This document shows, piece after piece, positions 62,473 to 64,000 of a stretch of DNA of 64,000 nt. The stretch is from NCBI RefSeq assembly GCF_006345805.1, contig NC_043012.1, positions 37,882,001 to 37,946,000 of the forward strand. The letters run 5' to 3'. Position numbers and translations under genes: made by a program. The stretch's first letter is position 1. The number at the start of each line of letters is the position of its first letter. A model generated the notes under the pieces. The model was not told the DNA's origin, ran no database searches, and worked only from the letters and a program-made list of their open reading frames with translations. The DNA is from Octopus sinensis (lineage: Eukaryota).

Positions 62473-64000
62473 ATGAAGACTTGATATTGAACCTTTGTTT
62501 CTATAAGATTTGGTCCTTGATTAATTGATTATTGCATTCCATCCAACCGATGCCAGTATAAAAAAGCAACTCCTTTGTGCTTGTGTCTCTGTCATTCTTT
62601 AACCTCACAACGCATGGCATAAAACCTTTGCCCCCTCAAATATTCTCTGCTACTCAAGCGAGGGAGTTTAGAGTGTGCCTGTGGCCTTTCCCTTTTCTCC
62701 TTTCGTTGTTCTCTCCTGTTTTGCAACTTAGTTATTTTAGTGGCCTCACTAGCGCCGGTAATTTGAAACAAAAGCAGCCAGTACATACTATAGTGTGGTT
62801 GGCATAAAGGAGGACATCCAGCCATAGGGACCATGCTAAAGATGATGCTGGCGCTCAGTGCAGCCCTGCTGCTCAACAGATCCTCACAAATCATCCAACT
62901 CCTGCCGGCATACAAAATGGACGTTAAATAATGATGGTGGTGGTGATAGGTATGAATTAGATCATTCAATGATGTATAATTGTCAGAAACATGAACATCA
63001 GTGAGGAAATCAATAACCTTTTTGCAACACATGGTTTTGTGCTTTTAAAAACTCACTTTGTGAGCATGTGGCTTCGGGTTCATTCCCACTGCATGGCACC
63101 TTCAGCAAGTATCTCCTTCTATAAACCCTGAGCTAACCAATGCCCTCTGAGTAAATTTGCAGGGCAGAATTGAGTGGAAGCTTGTAGTGTGTGTGTATTT
63201 CTCACAGCGTTCACTATTTTCCTCTTGTTCTGGTCTAACGACCCTCCATGTTTGTTTTCGTTTGGTTTCCTTGGATGTCTCCACTGTTGTGTTTTTGTTC
63301 CCAATTTGGATCCTCCATAAATCCTGAATTTCATTTTAGAATTTATGGGAGCAGCTGTCTTTGAACACTCATATTGTCGTTGAATGCTTGAAATGAGGAG
63401 TAGTTAGACAGTTGACAACTGATGAAGGGTCCTTTTTCTGTGTTTACTTGTCCTGTTTTCCATTTTTTTCTCGTTGTTTGTGTATTTAACTTTTTGTTTA
63501 CGTATATTAAATGTTGCTTGAACCATTGGTGACATAATGCACACACACACACTGTCTGTCTGTCTCCTACGATTTAGATTCCTAACTACTCCCACATTTT
63601 GCAGTGCAGTTTAACCAAATTCGGGTATCTTATAGTTGTGATTCATATCGAGCCCGTCTGAGTATTAGCGCGCGTCTACGATGAGTCTACGATTTTAAAA
63701 ATAATTTAACATCATTTTTTATTCCATTTTAATGCATAATTTTTCCTGTGTCGATGGCGGCGGAGTTGGCGTCCACGCTCAAACACCTGCACCTGTTTGC
63801 TTCTCCCCCTTCTTCCCTCCCTCATGAAGCTGTGGGGAAGGGAGTATAAGGAAATCAACGTCGTAAAGCGTTGTCAAGGAGACCAGCGTTCTTTTAGAAC
63901 AACGACTTCATGGCTTGAAGACACCAAAACAGAAATGGCTAAGAAAGCCCGAATTGGCATCTATAAAGGAAGTAACTCTCTAAAAATGCTTATATAGTTA

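Noticed and set aside
62071-64000. Search for BRD10 exon 7, and a CpG-rich stretch at about 63570-64000
   Set aside because: No segment resembling the expected next KIAA2026 block was found. The CpG-rich stretch looks like a young repeat cut by the window edge and could not be classified.

Overview
Eukaryotic, AT-rich, repeat-dense genomic DNA. The SINE, microsatellite and gene content suggests an octopus-like cephalopod (inference). There are two divergently transcribed spliced genes. (1) A complete 4-exon p24-gamma cargo receptor (TMED5/TMED1-like, 239 aa) on the minus strand, CDS 19391->2743. (2) The first six coding exons of a KIAA2026/BRD10-like bromodomain gene on the plus strand, from ATG 23494 and continuing past the window. 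All coding-exon junctions were checked for GT-AG and phase. The introns hold at least four tRNA-derived or RTE-tailed SINE families, a 5'-truncated RTE LINE interrupted by a 100-N gap, decayed CR1, HERO and mariner remnants, TTAA and hAT-type MITEs, and minisatellites born inside retroelement 3' UTRs. The most interesting signal is a set of Penelope-type minimal hammerhead-ribozyme-like motifs in two non-coding repeat families: a tRNA-headed SINE-like element (9.5-9.8 kb and 62.2-62.5 kb) and a ~240-bp palindrome at 14.6-14.9 kb. Both are associated with inverted terminal duplications, suggesting a ribozyme-bearing, Penelope-mobilised, retrozyme/Sm-alpha-like system. Repeat-family names and comparisons with human proteins are from memory; no search was run.
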